A DNA stretch of 41,440 nucleotides from a virus. Taxonomy: Duplodnaviria > Caudoviricetes. Under the pieces are notes generated by a model, which was not told the origin of the DNA, did no database searches, and was given only the letters and a program-made list of their open reading frames with translations. Shown here piece by piece: positions 8,743 through 17,703 of this stretch. The translations under genes were made by a program, and so were the position numbers. The stretch spans positions 1 through 41,440 of IMG/VR virus record IMGVR_UViG_3300011433_000003. The stretch is one strand, 5' to 3'. How positions within the stretch are numbered: the stretch's first letter is position 1; every line of letters begins with the position of its first letter.

Positions 8743-10859
8743 CGGGCATATCCCTTCTGGTAGCGGTTCAGCAGGTCGAACAGGACGGCGATCATGCGCC
8801 GGACGGCGGCCGGGTCGGTGAAGTCCCAGACACCCTGGATGGTGAGGTTCTGGACGACCAGCCCGGCCGGGGCGGCGGACACCGTGGCGGTGGCAGCACC
8901 GGAGCGCCCGGCGGCGGTCATGTCCGGCACCAGGCCCTGCATCGCGTTCACCAGACTGGGGGTCTCGCGCTCAATGCCCTCCTGGACGCCCCGGGGGATC
9001 CACCGTCCCACCTCATCGCGCATCACGACGGAGGGGGAGCCGATCTTCAGGGCGTCGATGAACCCGTCTTTGATGGAGTTGGCGGCGGACCGGGCGGCGT
9101 CGACAGCCCAGCCCAGCGCGCTGGACACGCCCTTCACCAACCCGCTGATGATGTCCTTGCCCACCTGGACCAGCCAGCCACCGGCACCGGACAGCGCGCC
9201 CATGATCTTGTCCTTCAGACCGATCACGGCATCGTAGGCCCGGCCGGGCAGCTTGGCGAACCAGGCCACCGTGTCGTTGACGGTCTTGGACACCCAGCTG
9301 GTCACGGAGGACCAGACCTTGGACACCCAGCCGGACACCGACGCGTACAGGCTGGAGAAGAATCCGCCGATACGCCCCGGGAGCAGGGCAAACCATGCGA
9401 TGGTGGCATTCCACCCGGCCGTGGTCTTGGCCACGATCCAGTCCCACATGGAGGTCCACAGCGCCGCCACGCGGGCGGGCAGCCCGGACAGGAAGCCCCA
9501 GATCTTGCCCGGTGCCTCCGTGAACAGGCGGTAGACGACGCCCAGGCCGAACCCGATTGCGTAGTGGACCAGGTCGAACAGCTGCCCGAACAGCGCGCCG
9601 ATCCGCCCCGGGAGGGAGGACAGGAAGCCCCAGATCCGGCCCGGGAGCGCGGCGAACCAGTCACCGACGCCGGAGACGAAGTCACCGATGGTCGTGCCCA
9701 GGTCGGAGAACCAGGAGCCGACGCTGGAGCCCTTGCCCGTGATCCAGTCCCAGACCCCGGAGAAGAAGGTGGTGACGTGCCCCCAGATCTTGACGAACCA
9801 GTCACCGGCCGCCGACAGCCAGCCGGGGATGGAGGTGAAGAAGTCGCGCATCGCCTGGTAGGCGATCGACAGACCCTTGATGATCTTGCCGATCACCAGG
9901 ATCTGCCCCAGGACCATCGTGAAGAAGTCCTTCAGGAAGGAGTTGGCACCCTCACTGCCTCCGGCGATGTCTTCGAAGAACGTCCCGAACGTGGTGCCGA
10001 TCATGGGCAGGACCTGTGCCAACGTGTCCAGCAGCGGGAGGCTGGACTCGATCAGCTTCATGAAGCCGGGCAGCGCGTTGCGCACCATGTCCGCCAGCCC
10101 CTGTGCCAGCGGCTCAATGGCGGGGTCCAGAGTCGCGAACATCTCCGACAGCTTCGGAGTGATCTCCTTGACCAGGTCCTGGAAGATCTTGAGGCTGTTG
10201 ACCACCGGCTGGATCAGCGGCGCGGCGGCGTCCTTCAGCGAGAAGTTCTCCCTGTTGAACTTGTCCGCCGCCGCCAGCTCCTTGCGCACCGCCGCCAGGT
10301 TGGCGCGCGCCTCCCTGATCCTGTCCTTGTTGCCGGACTTCAGGGCGGCGGTCAGCTCTTCCTGGGCGGCCTGGGCGCGCGCCTTCACCTCGGAGGTGTC
10401 GATGTCGAACAGCGTCCGGCCCAGCTCGCTGGCCGCCTTCTTGACCTCCGGAGCGTCCTTGATCAGCGCGATGCCACCGGCGATGACGCCCAGTCCGGCA
10501 CCCGCACCGATGGCGGCGGCCAGCCCGGCACCGATGGCGGGGGCGGCCACGGCCACGATGGCGGCGGCCAGGCCCACGCCCACGGCGGTGATGACCGGGT
10601 TGGAAGAGAACGCCCCGGAGATGGAGCCGCTCCCGGCCAGGCCAGCGCTGATGGTCTTCAGGAAGCCGGTGGAGAAGCTGTCCTTGATCCCGGACAGGAT
10701 GCCGTCTCCGGCCTTCTTACCGACCGTGGACTTCACCTTCTGCTCAACCCGGGGGGCGACCTTGACCACCACGTCTTCCAGCGCACGCTGGAACTGGGCG
10801 CGGTCCAGTTTCGCCTCAACCTCAACGTAGGCATCAGCAATCTTGAATCCATCGGCCAT
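8739..10859 (-). CDS. Tape measure protein
   Basis: 706 aa, Ala/Gly-rich helical with periodic Trp/Phe; KIADAYVEV N-terminus and LKIGSPS C-terminal motif; follows tail chaperones. Confidence 0.9.
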   Translation of the reverse strand: MADGFKIADAYVEVEAKLDRAQFQRALEDVVVKVAPRVEQKVKSTVGKKAGDGILSGIKDSFSTGFLKTISAGLAGSGSISGAFSSNPVITAVGVGLAAAIVAVAAPAIGAGLAAAIGAGAGLGVIAGGIALIKDAPEVKKAASELGRTLFDIDTSEVKARAQAAQEELTAALKSGNKDRIREARANLAAVRKELAAADKFNRENFSLKDAAAPLIQPVVNSLKIFQDLVKEITPKLSEMFATLDPAIEPLAQGLADMVRNALPGFMKLIESSLPLLDTLAQVLPMIGTTFGTFFEDIAGGSEGANSFLKDFFTMVLGQILVIGKIIKGLSIAYQAMRDFFTSIPGWLSAAGDWFVKIWGHVTTFFSGVWDWITGKGSSVGSWFSDLGTTIGDFVSGVGDWFAALPGRIWGFLSSLPGRIGALFGQLFDLVHYAIGFGLGVVYRLFTEAPGKIWGFLSGLPARVAALWTSMWDWIVAKTTAGWNATIAWFALLPGRIGGFFSSLYASVSGWVSKVWSSVTSWVSKTVNDTVAWFAKLPGRAYDAVIGLKDKIMGALSGAGGWLVQVGKDIISGLVKGVSSALGWAVDAARSAANSIKDGFIDALKIGSPSVVMRDEVGRWIPRGVQEGIERETPSLVNAMQGLVPDMTAAGRSGAATATVSAAPAGLVVQNLTIQGVWDFTDPAAVRRMIAVLFDLLNRYQKGYAR

Positions 10860-10875
10860 GGCCGCCCCTCCCCTC

Positions 10876-11175
10876 TTACTCCATGTCGAACAGGTCGCCC
10901 AGGTTGGACGCCTTCAGCGCCGACGCCGTGCCGGGCACCACGCTGGCCACTTCCCTGCCCCCGGTGGACCGCCGTTGCGCCTCCGCCTGCTCCGCCCGGA
11001 GGTTCTCCAGCCTGGCCCGCATCACGCCCTGGTAGGCGCTGCACCGGTAGGCCAGGGCCATCAGGTCAGGACCGGACTCCCTCCGGACCGCCTCCGCCCA
11101 GGTCAGGCGGTAGAAGCAGCGGAAGTCGGCGTCCAGGTCGCGCGTGTGGTCCAGGATCCAGGCGAGCTGGGCCAC
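10876..11175 (-). CDS. Tail assembly chaperone, frameshift (T) portion
   Basis: In the -1 frame relative to 11184-11492 and open from the GGGGGAA slippery site. Confidence 0.75.
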   Translation of the reverse strand: MAQLAWILDHTRDLDADFRCFYRLTWAEAVRRESGPDLMALAYRCSAYQGVMRARLENLRAEQAEAQRRSTGGREVASVVPGTASALKASNLGDLFDME

Positions 11176-11183
11176 ACGCGCGG

Positions 11184-11492
11184 CTATTCCCCCTGCATCT
11201 GCTCCAGCGCGCCCATGACCTTCTCGCGGATGACCGTGACCACGGCGGACATCTGGGTCCGGGTCACGGTCTTGCAGGCCAGCAGCGCGCCGTAGGCGTT
11301 CTCGCCCAGGACCTCCTCCAGCAGCCAGGAGATGGCCACGGACTCGCCCTGCTTGCGGGCGGTGTCCAGGAGGGTCAGCGCCAGGGTGCCCGGCATGTCC
11401 TTCGGGATGGTGTAGACCACTCCGTCGATGCTGAACAGGTCCTCCCGCTCAACGGGCGGGGCGTCGGTCGTGGTGATCTCAATAAGTGCCAT
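11184..11492 (-). CDS. Tail assembly chaperone (G)
   Basis: Between major tail and tape measure; ends CAG GGG GAA TAG. Confidence 0.8.
   Translation of the reverse strand: MALIEITTTDAPPVEREDLFSIDGVVYTIPKDMPGTLALTLLDTARKQGESVAISWLLEEVLGENAYGALLACKTVTRTQMSAVVTVIREKVMGALEQMQGE
11187..11193 (-). other. Programmed -1 frameshift slippery site GGGGGAA
   Basis: Same heptamer as in mycobacteriophage L5 tail chaperones; -1 frame reads GIAARVAQLAW into the 10876-11175 ORF. Confidence 0.75.
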
Positions 11493-11513
11493 GGTGGTGC
11501 GCCTCCTTCAGGT

Positions 11514-11677
11514 GGAGGGAGTGGAGGGTCCGGATGGACCCGCCCACTCCCGTATACGGAAATAAAAGTACGTTTCCCTATGGGCCTGTAATCACATCGT
11601 CACTCGACACATCGCGTAACGATGTTTTTTCCCTTACGTGGAGGGTGGGGACTTCCTCCGGTCCCTCCGGTCCCTCC
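11514..11677. repeat. Origin-like element copy A (inverted 9-bp GGAGG iterons around an AT-richer core)
   Basis: GGAGGGAGT GGAGGGTCC GGATGGACC ... cttcctcc ggtccctcc ggtccctcc; homologous to 26216-26378. Confidence 0.8.
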
Positions 11678-11680
11678 GTA

Positions 11681-12250
11681 TCAGGCAGTCTGGTCGATGA
11701 TCCGGAAGGGGCGGATGGAGCCGCTGACGTAGTGGCACGAGAAGGTCACCGGGAACAGGACCTGTCCGTCCTTCTTGTAGCTGGACTCCACGCTCTCCAC
11801 GGAGAGCACCTTCCGGGCGATCACCCATCGGCGCATCCCGTTCGGGGCGAACCCTTCGAACAGCACGGCCTTGTAGGTCGGCTGGGTGGCCGCCGTGTCG
11901 TCGGTCGGCTCGTACTCCTCGTACCCGGAGGACGCCGTGACGGTCCCCCCGTTGAGCACCAGCGACAGGTTGTCCAGCGTCGGCTCCGCCAGGTTGGTCA
12001 CCAGCTGGAGGTCCCGCTTGGTCAGGCGGCGGCCGGGGATGTCCACCACCTGGTCCACCTCCAGCTCGAAGAACTCCCGCTCGACGTTGAGGGAGAGCCC
12101 GTCCTGGGTCGCCCCCACGTCGGTGAAGGCGGAGCCGCTGTAGGCGGCGTTGATGGCGGAACCGGCGGGCTCCGCCGCGCCGAAGGCGCCGTGGAACAGG
12201 TGGCCGGGTCCGGCGATGAGGTTGGTCACGTCGATGGCGGCGGCGGGCAT
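11681..12250 (-). CDS. Major tail (tube) protein
   Basis: DVGATQDGLSL and NLAEPTLDNL motifs typical of actinophage tail tube proteins; synteny. Confidence 0.85.
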   Translation of the reverse strand: MPAAAIDVTNLIAGPGHLFHGAFGAAEPAGSAINAAYSGSAFTDVGATQDGLSLNVEREFFELEVDQVVDIPGRRLTKRDLQLVTNLAEPTLDNLSLVLNGGTVTASSGYEEYEPTDDTAATQPTYKAVLFEGFAPNGMRRWVIARKVLSVESVESSYKKDGQVLFPVTFSCHYVSGSIRPFRIIDQTA

Positions 12251-12253
12251 GGG

Positions 12254-12433
12254 TCAGTCCTCCTGGGAGTCGTGCGCACGGAGAATGCCCGTGCTCAGCT
12301 TGGAAGGCGGGACGGTGGCCGTGTCGTACGGCTCCACCGTCTCCAGGACCAGGCCCAGGCGCTGGAGGGACCGGTACTCCACGTCCCCCACCTCCAGGGT
12401 CTGGTCCGGGCGGATCGTGGTGCGGACCTTCAT
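12254..12433 (-). CDS. Small hypothetical protein (59 aa, MKVRTTIRPDQTLEV...)
   Basis: Read by hand, below the ORF-track cutoff; GGAGG RBS, ATGA overlap with upstream gene. Confidence 0.65.
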   Translation of the reverse strand: MKVRTTIRPDQTLEVGDVEYRSLQRLGLVLETVEPYDTATVPPSKLSTGILRAHDSQED

Positions 12434-12663
12434 GAGGGCACCTCCGGTGCGGTGATGGGGGCGGTGAACCTGAAGACGTACGTACCGCCCTCAGCGGGCT
12501 CCAGAGCCTCGAAAGCGGGCAGGGTGGTCACGGAGTACCCCGCCGCCGTGAGAGCGCTCAGAGCGGCCTGGGACATGGCGCGAAGCACCTTGCCTCCGGT
12601 GTCGTTGGTCGGCCACGGGAAGCTGACCGTGGCGGTGGTCCCGTCGTCGGACAGAGTGATCAT
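12430..12663 (-). CDS. Small hypothetical protein (MITLSDDGTT...)
   Basis: ATG 12663 overlaps the stop of the upstream gene; GAGGA RBS. Confidence 0.6.
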   Translation of the reverse strand: MITLSDDGTTATVSFPWPTNDTGGKVLRAMSQAALSALTAAGYSVTTLPAFEALEPAEGGTYVFRFTAPITAPEVPS

Positions 12664-12896
12664 GACCTGAAGTCCTCTCGGCGCAACGGGAACGTCACCG
12701 GCTCCATGCCGGGGCAGTCCGCCAGCGCGATGGGCGGGAGCGGGGAGCGGGCGGCCAGGTCGGCGTCCGTCACGGCCACGATGCGGGTCTCCGGGAACAG
12801 CCACTCCAGTTCGGCGCGGTCGGTGTGCACGATCGGGCGTCCGTCCCGGGTCAGGATGTCCCGGGTCTGGCTGCCCCACAGCGCGTAGCGGGTCAC
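12660..12896 (-). CDS. Small hypothetical protein (VTRYALWGSQ...)
   Basis: GTG 12896 overlaps the tail-terminator stop; GGAGG RBS. Confidence 0.6.
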   Translation of the reverse strand: MTRYALWGSQTRDILTRDGRPIVHTDRAELEWLFPETRIVAVTDADLAARSPLPPIALADCPGMEPVTFPLRREDFRS

Positions 12897-13342
12897 CGGG
12901 GTACCTCCACCCAGCTGAACAGGGCGTCCATGGTGTACCGGGCGAACTCCGCCGCATCGTCGCGCACCCGGCGCGGTTCGGTGAGCGGGTAGACGGTGAC
13001 GCACCGGGCGTTGTTGTAGGCCGCTGGGAGGGTCAGCGCGCGCTGTACGGCGTCGTGGTCGAGCATCCCCCGCCGGGCCACCTCCGCCAGCTGGTTGGCC
13101 TTGTTCCACGGAGGCTTGCCGGATCCGGGGGCGTTCGCCCAGAAGTCCAGCGACACCACCGGGTTGGCCAGCGGGAAGTCCAGCGACGGGGACCCGCCCA
13201 CGGTCAGGACCTGGGTGAAGCCGGACGCCGCCCAGCTGGTGGCGTCGGCGGGCAGATCCGTGGCCACCAGGTTGTTCAGGCCGGACAGACCCTTCAGCCA
13301 GGCCACGGCCACCAGCTCAGAGGTGGGGTGCAGGAGTGCCAT
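12893..13342 (-). CDS. Tail terminator / tail completion protein
   Basis: Synteny after the HK97 gp10-like gene; typical size and VVSLDFWA strand. Confidence 0.7.
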   Translation of the reverse strand: MALLHPTSELVAVAWLKGLSGLNNLVATDLPADATSWAASGFTQVLTVGGSPSLDFPLANPVVSLDFWANAPGSGKPPWNKANQLAEVARRGMLDHDAVQRALTLPAAYNNARCVTVYPLTEPRRVRDDAAEFARYTMDALFSWVEVPR

Positions 13343-13653
13343 CAGAGGTTTGCCTCCAGGTCCGCCAGGCGGAGCCGGTACAGCGCGGGGCGCATGAACG
13401 GCTGGGCGTCCATCTTGGAGGTGCCGTACTCGTTGAACGACCAGTGGTCCGTCCCGACCCAGACCCGCCCCCGGTTCCAGCTGGGATACGTCACGCGCAG
13501 CGTGCCCATCAGCTCCCCGGTGTCCACCGGCACCAGCGAGCGGGCGGCGTAGTAGACATCATCGGTGACCTGGGTGACCAGCTGGTGCACCTTCAGCTGA
13601 AGCTGCTTCCATCCATCAGGATCGATGGTGAGGCGCACACGCTTGCGAGCCAT
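13342..13653 (-). CDS. HK97 gp10-like neck protein
   Basis: ARSLVPVDTGEL...EYGTSKMDAQPFMRPA signature. Confidence 0.85.
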   Translation of the reverse strand: MARKRVRLTIDPDGWKQLQLKVHQLVTQVTDDVYYAARSLVPVDTGELMGTLRVTYPSWNRGRVWVGTDHWSFNEYGTSKMDAQPFMRPALYRLRLADLEANL

Positions 13654-13726
13654 GCAGATCACCGGCCTTTTCGGGGGTGGGGGTGGTGCCGATCACGGGC
13701 CTTCTTTTCGTCGGCCAGGGGTGCGA

Positions 13727-14056
13727 TCAGCTTGCCTTTCGTAGGTCCAAGCGTACGTCATTGAGCTGCACCGGGCTCTGCACCTGGGAGCTGGAATCCA
13801 CCCGGTACACCTGACCTGTGTTTTCGTCCCTGATCCGGTCGCTGAGCAGGACCACCGTGTCCCCGGGCACCCGGGCGGTGAAGTAGAGGACCTGCTGGAC
13901 CCGGCCTTCCGCCGGGGTGAACACGGTGCGCCGCTGCTCCAGCAGCGAGCACGGCACGCCGGAGGCGGCCACGGTGTCGGCGTCCACCACGTCCCCGAAG
14001 GCGTCCGTAGAGCTGCCCCGGAGTACGGACACGGTGGTGGTCGGGATGGCCCACAT
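13727..14056 (-). CDS. Head-tail stopper / head closure protein
   Basis: DAFGD...DRIRDENTGQVYRVD SPP1 gp16-like pattern; start at MWAIPTT overlaps upstream stop. Confidence 0.7.
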   Translation of the reverse strand: MWAIPTTTVSVLRGSSTDAFGDVVDADTVAASGVPCSLLEQRRTVFTPAEGRVQQVLYFTARVPGDTVVLLSDRIRDENTGQVYRVDSSSQVQSPVQLNDVRLDLRKAS

Positions 14057-14529
14057 CAGAAGCTGCTCACGAAGTGCGGGGCGGCGGCCGGGTCGCCGAT
14101 GGAGAACGGCGTCCAGGAGCTGTACGGGTCGGACTCTTCGTTGGTGAAGTTCCCGGCGTATCCCAGCGGGGTCCGGATGGTCGGGATCCGCACGGTCCGG
14201 CTCACCTTCCACGACAGGTTCTTCAGCGCCCGGGCGGCCAGCGGGGCAAGGCTGATCTGCCACTCCTTGCCGTAGACCACGGAGAAGCCGTCCTGGGTGG
14301 TCTGGGTGTAGCTGGACCGCTGGTGGTAGCCGGGCTGGACGATCTGCCAGGCGGTCTGGAAGCTGGTCGCCTGGGCCAGGGTGTTCAGGTCGCGCGGGGT
14401 CATGGAGCCGGAGGCGTCCACCGTGCGGTTGGCGTACACGGTGATGACCGCCGACGCCTCCGCCACCTGCTGTTCGGTGACGGTCTTGCCGGTGAGCGCC
14501 AGTACGTTGGCGGCGGTGGCCCAGCTCAT
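14056..14529 (-). CDS. Head-tail adaptor
   Basis: MSWATAANV start typical of gp15/gp6-like adaptors; synteny. Confidence 0.7.
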   Translation of the reverse strand: MSWATAANVLALTGKTVTEQQVAEASAVITVYANRTVDASGSMTPRDLNTLAQATSFQTAWQIVQPGYHQRSSYTQTTQDGFSVVYGKEWQISLAPLAARALKNLSWKVSRTVRIPTIRTPLGYAGNFTNEESDPYSSWTPFSIGDPAAAPHFVSSF

Positions 14530-14600
14530 GCCCTACTCCTGTCTGGGGGTGCCCGGCCGGGCGAAGGAGGCGACAACTCCCGGCCGGGCGGTCCGGCGGT

Positions 14601-15008
14601 TCAGTCCGTGGTCTCGCTGGTGCCGTCTCCGGCGGCCAGCTCCTTGGACACGGTGACCGTGGAAGGGGCGTGCGCCTGGTCGGCGGGCAGCACCTTCACG
14701 GAGTAGGACAGGCGGGTGGTGTCGCGCCCACGGTTGCCGTGGATCAGCTCCGCCCCGTCGTACCGGGCCTCCTCCTGGGGGTGCAGGCCGTGGTGGAGCG
14801 CGGCGTCGAGCACGGCCAGCCTGTTGGCGGCGTGCATCGAGTCATGCTCCGGGGCCTCCCAGTCCTCGCTGGCCGCCGACACCGTGAAGACGTGGTGGTA
14901 GCGCCCGTCCTGGGCGTCGCTGTCCGCCTGGCGCGCGGCGATCTCCTCGTTCGTGGCCATCTCGGTCACGCGGGGAGTCTTCGGTCCGGCCTGCTTCTTG
15001 GTGCTCAT
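14601..15008 (-). CDS. Hypothetical protein following the major capsid gene
   Basis: GGAG RBS; followed by GC hairpin at about 14551-14589. Confidence 0.65.
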   Translation of the reverse strand: MSTKKQAGPKTPRVTEMATNEEIAARQADSDAQDGRYHHVFTVSAASEDWEAPEHDSMHAANRLAVLDAALHHGLHPQEEARYDGAELIHGNRGRDTTRLSYSVKVLPADQAHAPSTVTVSKELAAGDGTSETTD

Positions 15009-15083
15009 GATCGGGTTCTCCGTTTCTCGGTAGAGGGAAGGGCCAGAGCAGGCGTACCCACCCTGGCCCCATCCAGACCAGGG

Positions 15084-16013
15084 TCAGCTGGTCTTCTCGA
15101 AAACGGCAAACGCCTTCTCGTGACCGACCACGAACGCGCGGCGCATGGCCGCCTTCATCAGCGCCTCATCGGTCAGGAAGCCGACGCCGTTGATCCCCCG
15201 CTGGAGCGCGAAGCCCGGGTTCGTGGAGGCGATGCCCGGGGAGAGCTTGGCCAGCCCCTGGATCATGAACCGCATGTTGCCGATCACCATGATCGGGTTG
15301 CCGGTCGGGTTGTAGGTGTTCGTCCCCGACACCCGCGCGCCACGGCTCCAGTAGATCTGGTGCCCGAACAGGGTGTCCGGCGTACCGGCCAGCCCCTGGA
15401 CCCAGATGGGCATGTCGTTGGCGTCCTTGACGCCCCGCAGCGCCTGGCGGAACGCCGGGTGCGCGATGACCTTGGTGTCCCCGGCGTCGAAGAACAGGCC
15501 GCCCTCCACCTTGGCCAGCGTGGCGGACAGGTTGTCGTACGTGGCGGAGCCGGACACGTAGTTGTCATCCGCCGTGTAGCTGGTGGCGGAGTTGGTGGTC
15601 CGGATCGCCTTGTACACCGACGTGTACAGGATGGTGGTGCCGTTCTGGGCACCCGAGGTGGCCAGCGAAGCGTTGTCGTAGAAGATCGCCATGTTGCGGG
15701 CGGCGTCCGCCCGCTTGGTGGCCAGGATGTCCGGCGCGGCGTCCATCAGGTCCTCTTCGGCCACCCGGAGCACGCCGCCGACCTTACGGGCGATCAGCTC
15801 CACGTAGTCGTTGGTGCCCGAGGTCTCGCCGTAGGCCGCACCCTTCGCCACCGCGCCGATGGCGAAGTCACCGGAGCGCGGCACCTGCTTGGTGTCGCTG
15901 GCCATGGTCTCCGGCCGGGCGAGCTGCGCCACGGCGGAGGTCTGGTTCAGCGCCTGGATCGCCACGTCTCCGGTCTCTACCGGGATCCAGTCCTCAAAAG
16001 TCTCACGTGCCAT
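15084..16013 (-). CDS. Major capsid protein (HK97 fold)
   Basis: 309 aa; WIPVE...VAKGAAYGET...ELIARKVGGVLRVAEEDL pattern; follows scaffold. Confidence 0.9.
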   Translation of the reverse strand: MARETFEDWIPVETGDVAIQALNQTSAVAQLARPETMASDTKQVPRSGDFAIGAVAKGAAYGETSGTNDYVELIARKVGGVLRVAEEDLMDAAPDILATKRADAARNMAIFYDNASLATSGAQNGTTILYTSVYKAIRTTNSATSYTADDNYVSGSATYDNLSATLAKVEGGLFFDAGDTKVIAHPAFRQALRGVKDANDMPIWVQGLAGTPDTLFGHQIYWSRGARVSGTNTYNPTGNPIMVIGNMRFMIQGLAKLSPGIASTNPGFALQRGINGVGFLTDEALMKAAMRRAFVVGHEKAFAVFEKTS

Positions 16014-16170
16014 CAGGAAGGCTCCTATCAGGGATGGCCGAACGGGAAGGTTTCTCTACCGTCAGGGTCCATCCGGAGCCCTCGTGTTGCCGTGATCCTC
16101 CTGGCGTCCGCCTGCGGAGGTAGGGCAACGGGAGCAGTGTACGCCGTACGCCACCGCTCCCGCTACCAGG

Positions 16171-16704
16171 TCAGACCAGCAGCCCGGCCGCCCGCATGAG
16201 CTTCTCCGAGGTGCGGTCCGTGGGGGTCTTGGTGGAGGGCTTGACCCCGCCGTCCGTGGTGGTCACCTTGGCGGGGGTCTTCTTGCCGGGGGCGGTGGTG
16301 AACAGCGCGGGGAACTTGGCCTTCAGGTCGGCCACGGAGTCGTCCAGTCCCTCCACGTCCCCGTCCTCATCCAGCTCGCCCAGCTTGAGCATGCCCACCA
16401 GCTCCTTGGCCTGGTCCCGGGAGAGTCCCTCCGACACCAGCGCGGTGATACCCGCCTGGCGCTTGACGCGCGCCTCCGTCTTGGCGGTCTTGTCCTCCGC
16501 CGCCGGAGCCGTGGTCTTACCGGCGGCCTCCTTGGCGGCGGCGGCCTCCCGCCGCGCCTCATCGCGCTCCCGCTTGCGGGTGGCGGCGGTGCGCTGGGTC
16601 TTCTCCCACTCCTCCTTCGTCGGAGGAGTCCAGGGCGTGCCCTCCTCTTCGGAGTCTTCCTCTTCGTCCCCGGCCGGGTCGGCGTTGGGGTCTGCTTCTG
16701 CCAT
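16171..16704 (-). CDS. Capsid scaffolding protein
   Basis: Acidic N-terminus, coiled coil, LKAKFPALF motif; directly upstream of capsid gene. Confidence 0.8.
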   Translation of the reverse strand: MAEADPNADPAGDEEEDSEEEGTPWTPPTKEEWEKTQRTAATRKRERDEARREAAAAKEAAGKTTAPAAEDKTAKTEARVKRQAGITALVSEGLSRDQAKELVGMLKLGELDEDGDVEGLDDSVADLKAKFPALFTTAPGKKTPAKVTTTDGGVKPSTKTPTDRTSEKLMRAAGLLV

Positions 16705-16743
16705 GGTGGCCTCCTTCAGGTCAGGTGTACAGCGTACATGTGA

Positions 16744-17703
16744 TCAGGCATTGAGCTGGGTACGCGGGCGGTGTCGCTGGCTGAACGCCTCACGTTTGCG
16801 ATCGGCGGCGGCGCGGGCCAGCACGGACTTGGGCAGCGCCACGCCACGGGCCAGCAGCTTGTCCAGCGCCGCCAGGCGTTCGGGCTTGCTGGCGTAGTCC
16901 GACCAACCGCGCGCCACGGTGCGGTTGGCCTCCCGGACCAGGCCGCTGGCCTCATCGGTGCCCAGCGGTGTGGCGGCCGGGCCACGGTAGGGGCGGACCC
17001 GGCAACGGCAGTAGCGGTGCAGCGGCGGGTACGGCACCGGTCCCAGGGTGGACACCCGCCCCAGGGACAGGCCAGCCGGGAAGTCCGTTCCCGGCCTCAC
17101 GGTCAGGCCGGAGTAGGCCAGGCACTTCAGACAGGCGTTGCGCTCGCTGGCCCACAGCAGACGCGCGCCGTTGGCGGCGGCCACGTCGGAGATCCCGGCG
17201 TTGATGGCGCGGTTGGCCGCCCACCGGGTCGTGCCCTCCGCCCCCTTGCCGGAGCTGGTCACCTTGGAGGCCACCGTCAGGACGTTGGCCTCCTCCTCCA
17301 GGTCCAGCAGGTCCGCCAGGCGGTCCGCCTCATCCAGCACGGCCTGGGCTGCGCTGTCCACCGTGGCCACGGCCTGGCGAAGCTCCGGATCCAGGGTGGC
17401 GGACACGATCGGACGCCACCTCCTGCCCAGCAGCGCGAACGCCTGGACGCGACCCAGGCCGTACCCCTGATGAGTAGCGGCGAACAGCCGCGCGCGCATG
17501 GCCGGGCGAACGCCGCCGATGAGCCGGTGCGCGATGTCGGCCAGTACGGCGGCGGTGATCTGCCCGGCCGCCACGGCGGCGGACCCGGCCAGCAGCGCCG
17601 CCACGATGACCTGGAGGGAGGAGACGAAGTCCCCCGTGACGGTCGCCTCCGCCGCCAGTTCGTACTCCAACGCCTCCAGGTCCTGCTCCTCCGCCAGCGT
17701 CAC
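16744..17703 (-). CDS. MuF-like minor head protein
   Basis: ACLKC...PPLHRYCRC motif; follows portal. Confidence 0.75.
   Translation of the reverse strand: MTLAEEQDLEALEYELAAEATVTGDFVSSLQVIVAALLAGSAAVAAGQITAAVLADIAHRLIGGVRPAMRARLFAATHQGYGLGRVQAFALLGRRWRPIVSATLDPELRQAVATVDSAAQAVLDEADRLADLLDLEEEANVLTVASKVTSSGKGAEGTTRWAANRAINAGISDVAAANGARLLWASERNACLKCLAYSGLTVRPGTDFPAGLSLGRVSTLGPVPYPPLHRYCRCRVRPYRGPAATPLGTDEASGLVREANRTVARGWSDYASKPERLAALDKLLARGVALPKSVLARAAADRKREAFSQRHRPRTQLNA

Noticed and set aside
11514-11677. Duplicated element as a DGR template/variable repeat pair or as a MITE
   Set aside because: No reverse transcriptase or transposase is encoded, differences are not confined to adenines, and I saw no target-site duplication. 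The iteron layout fits an origin better.
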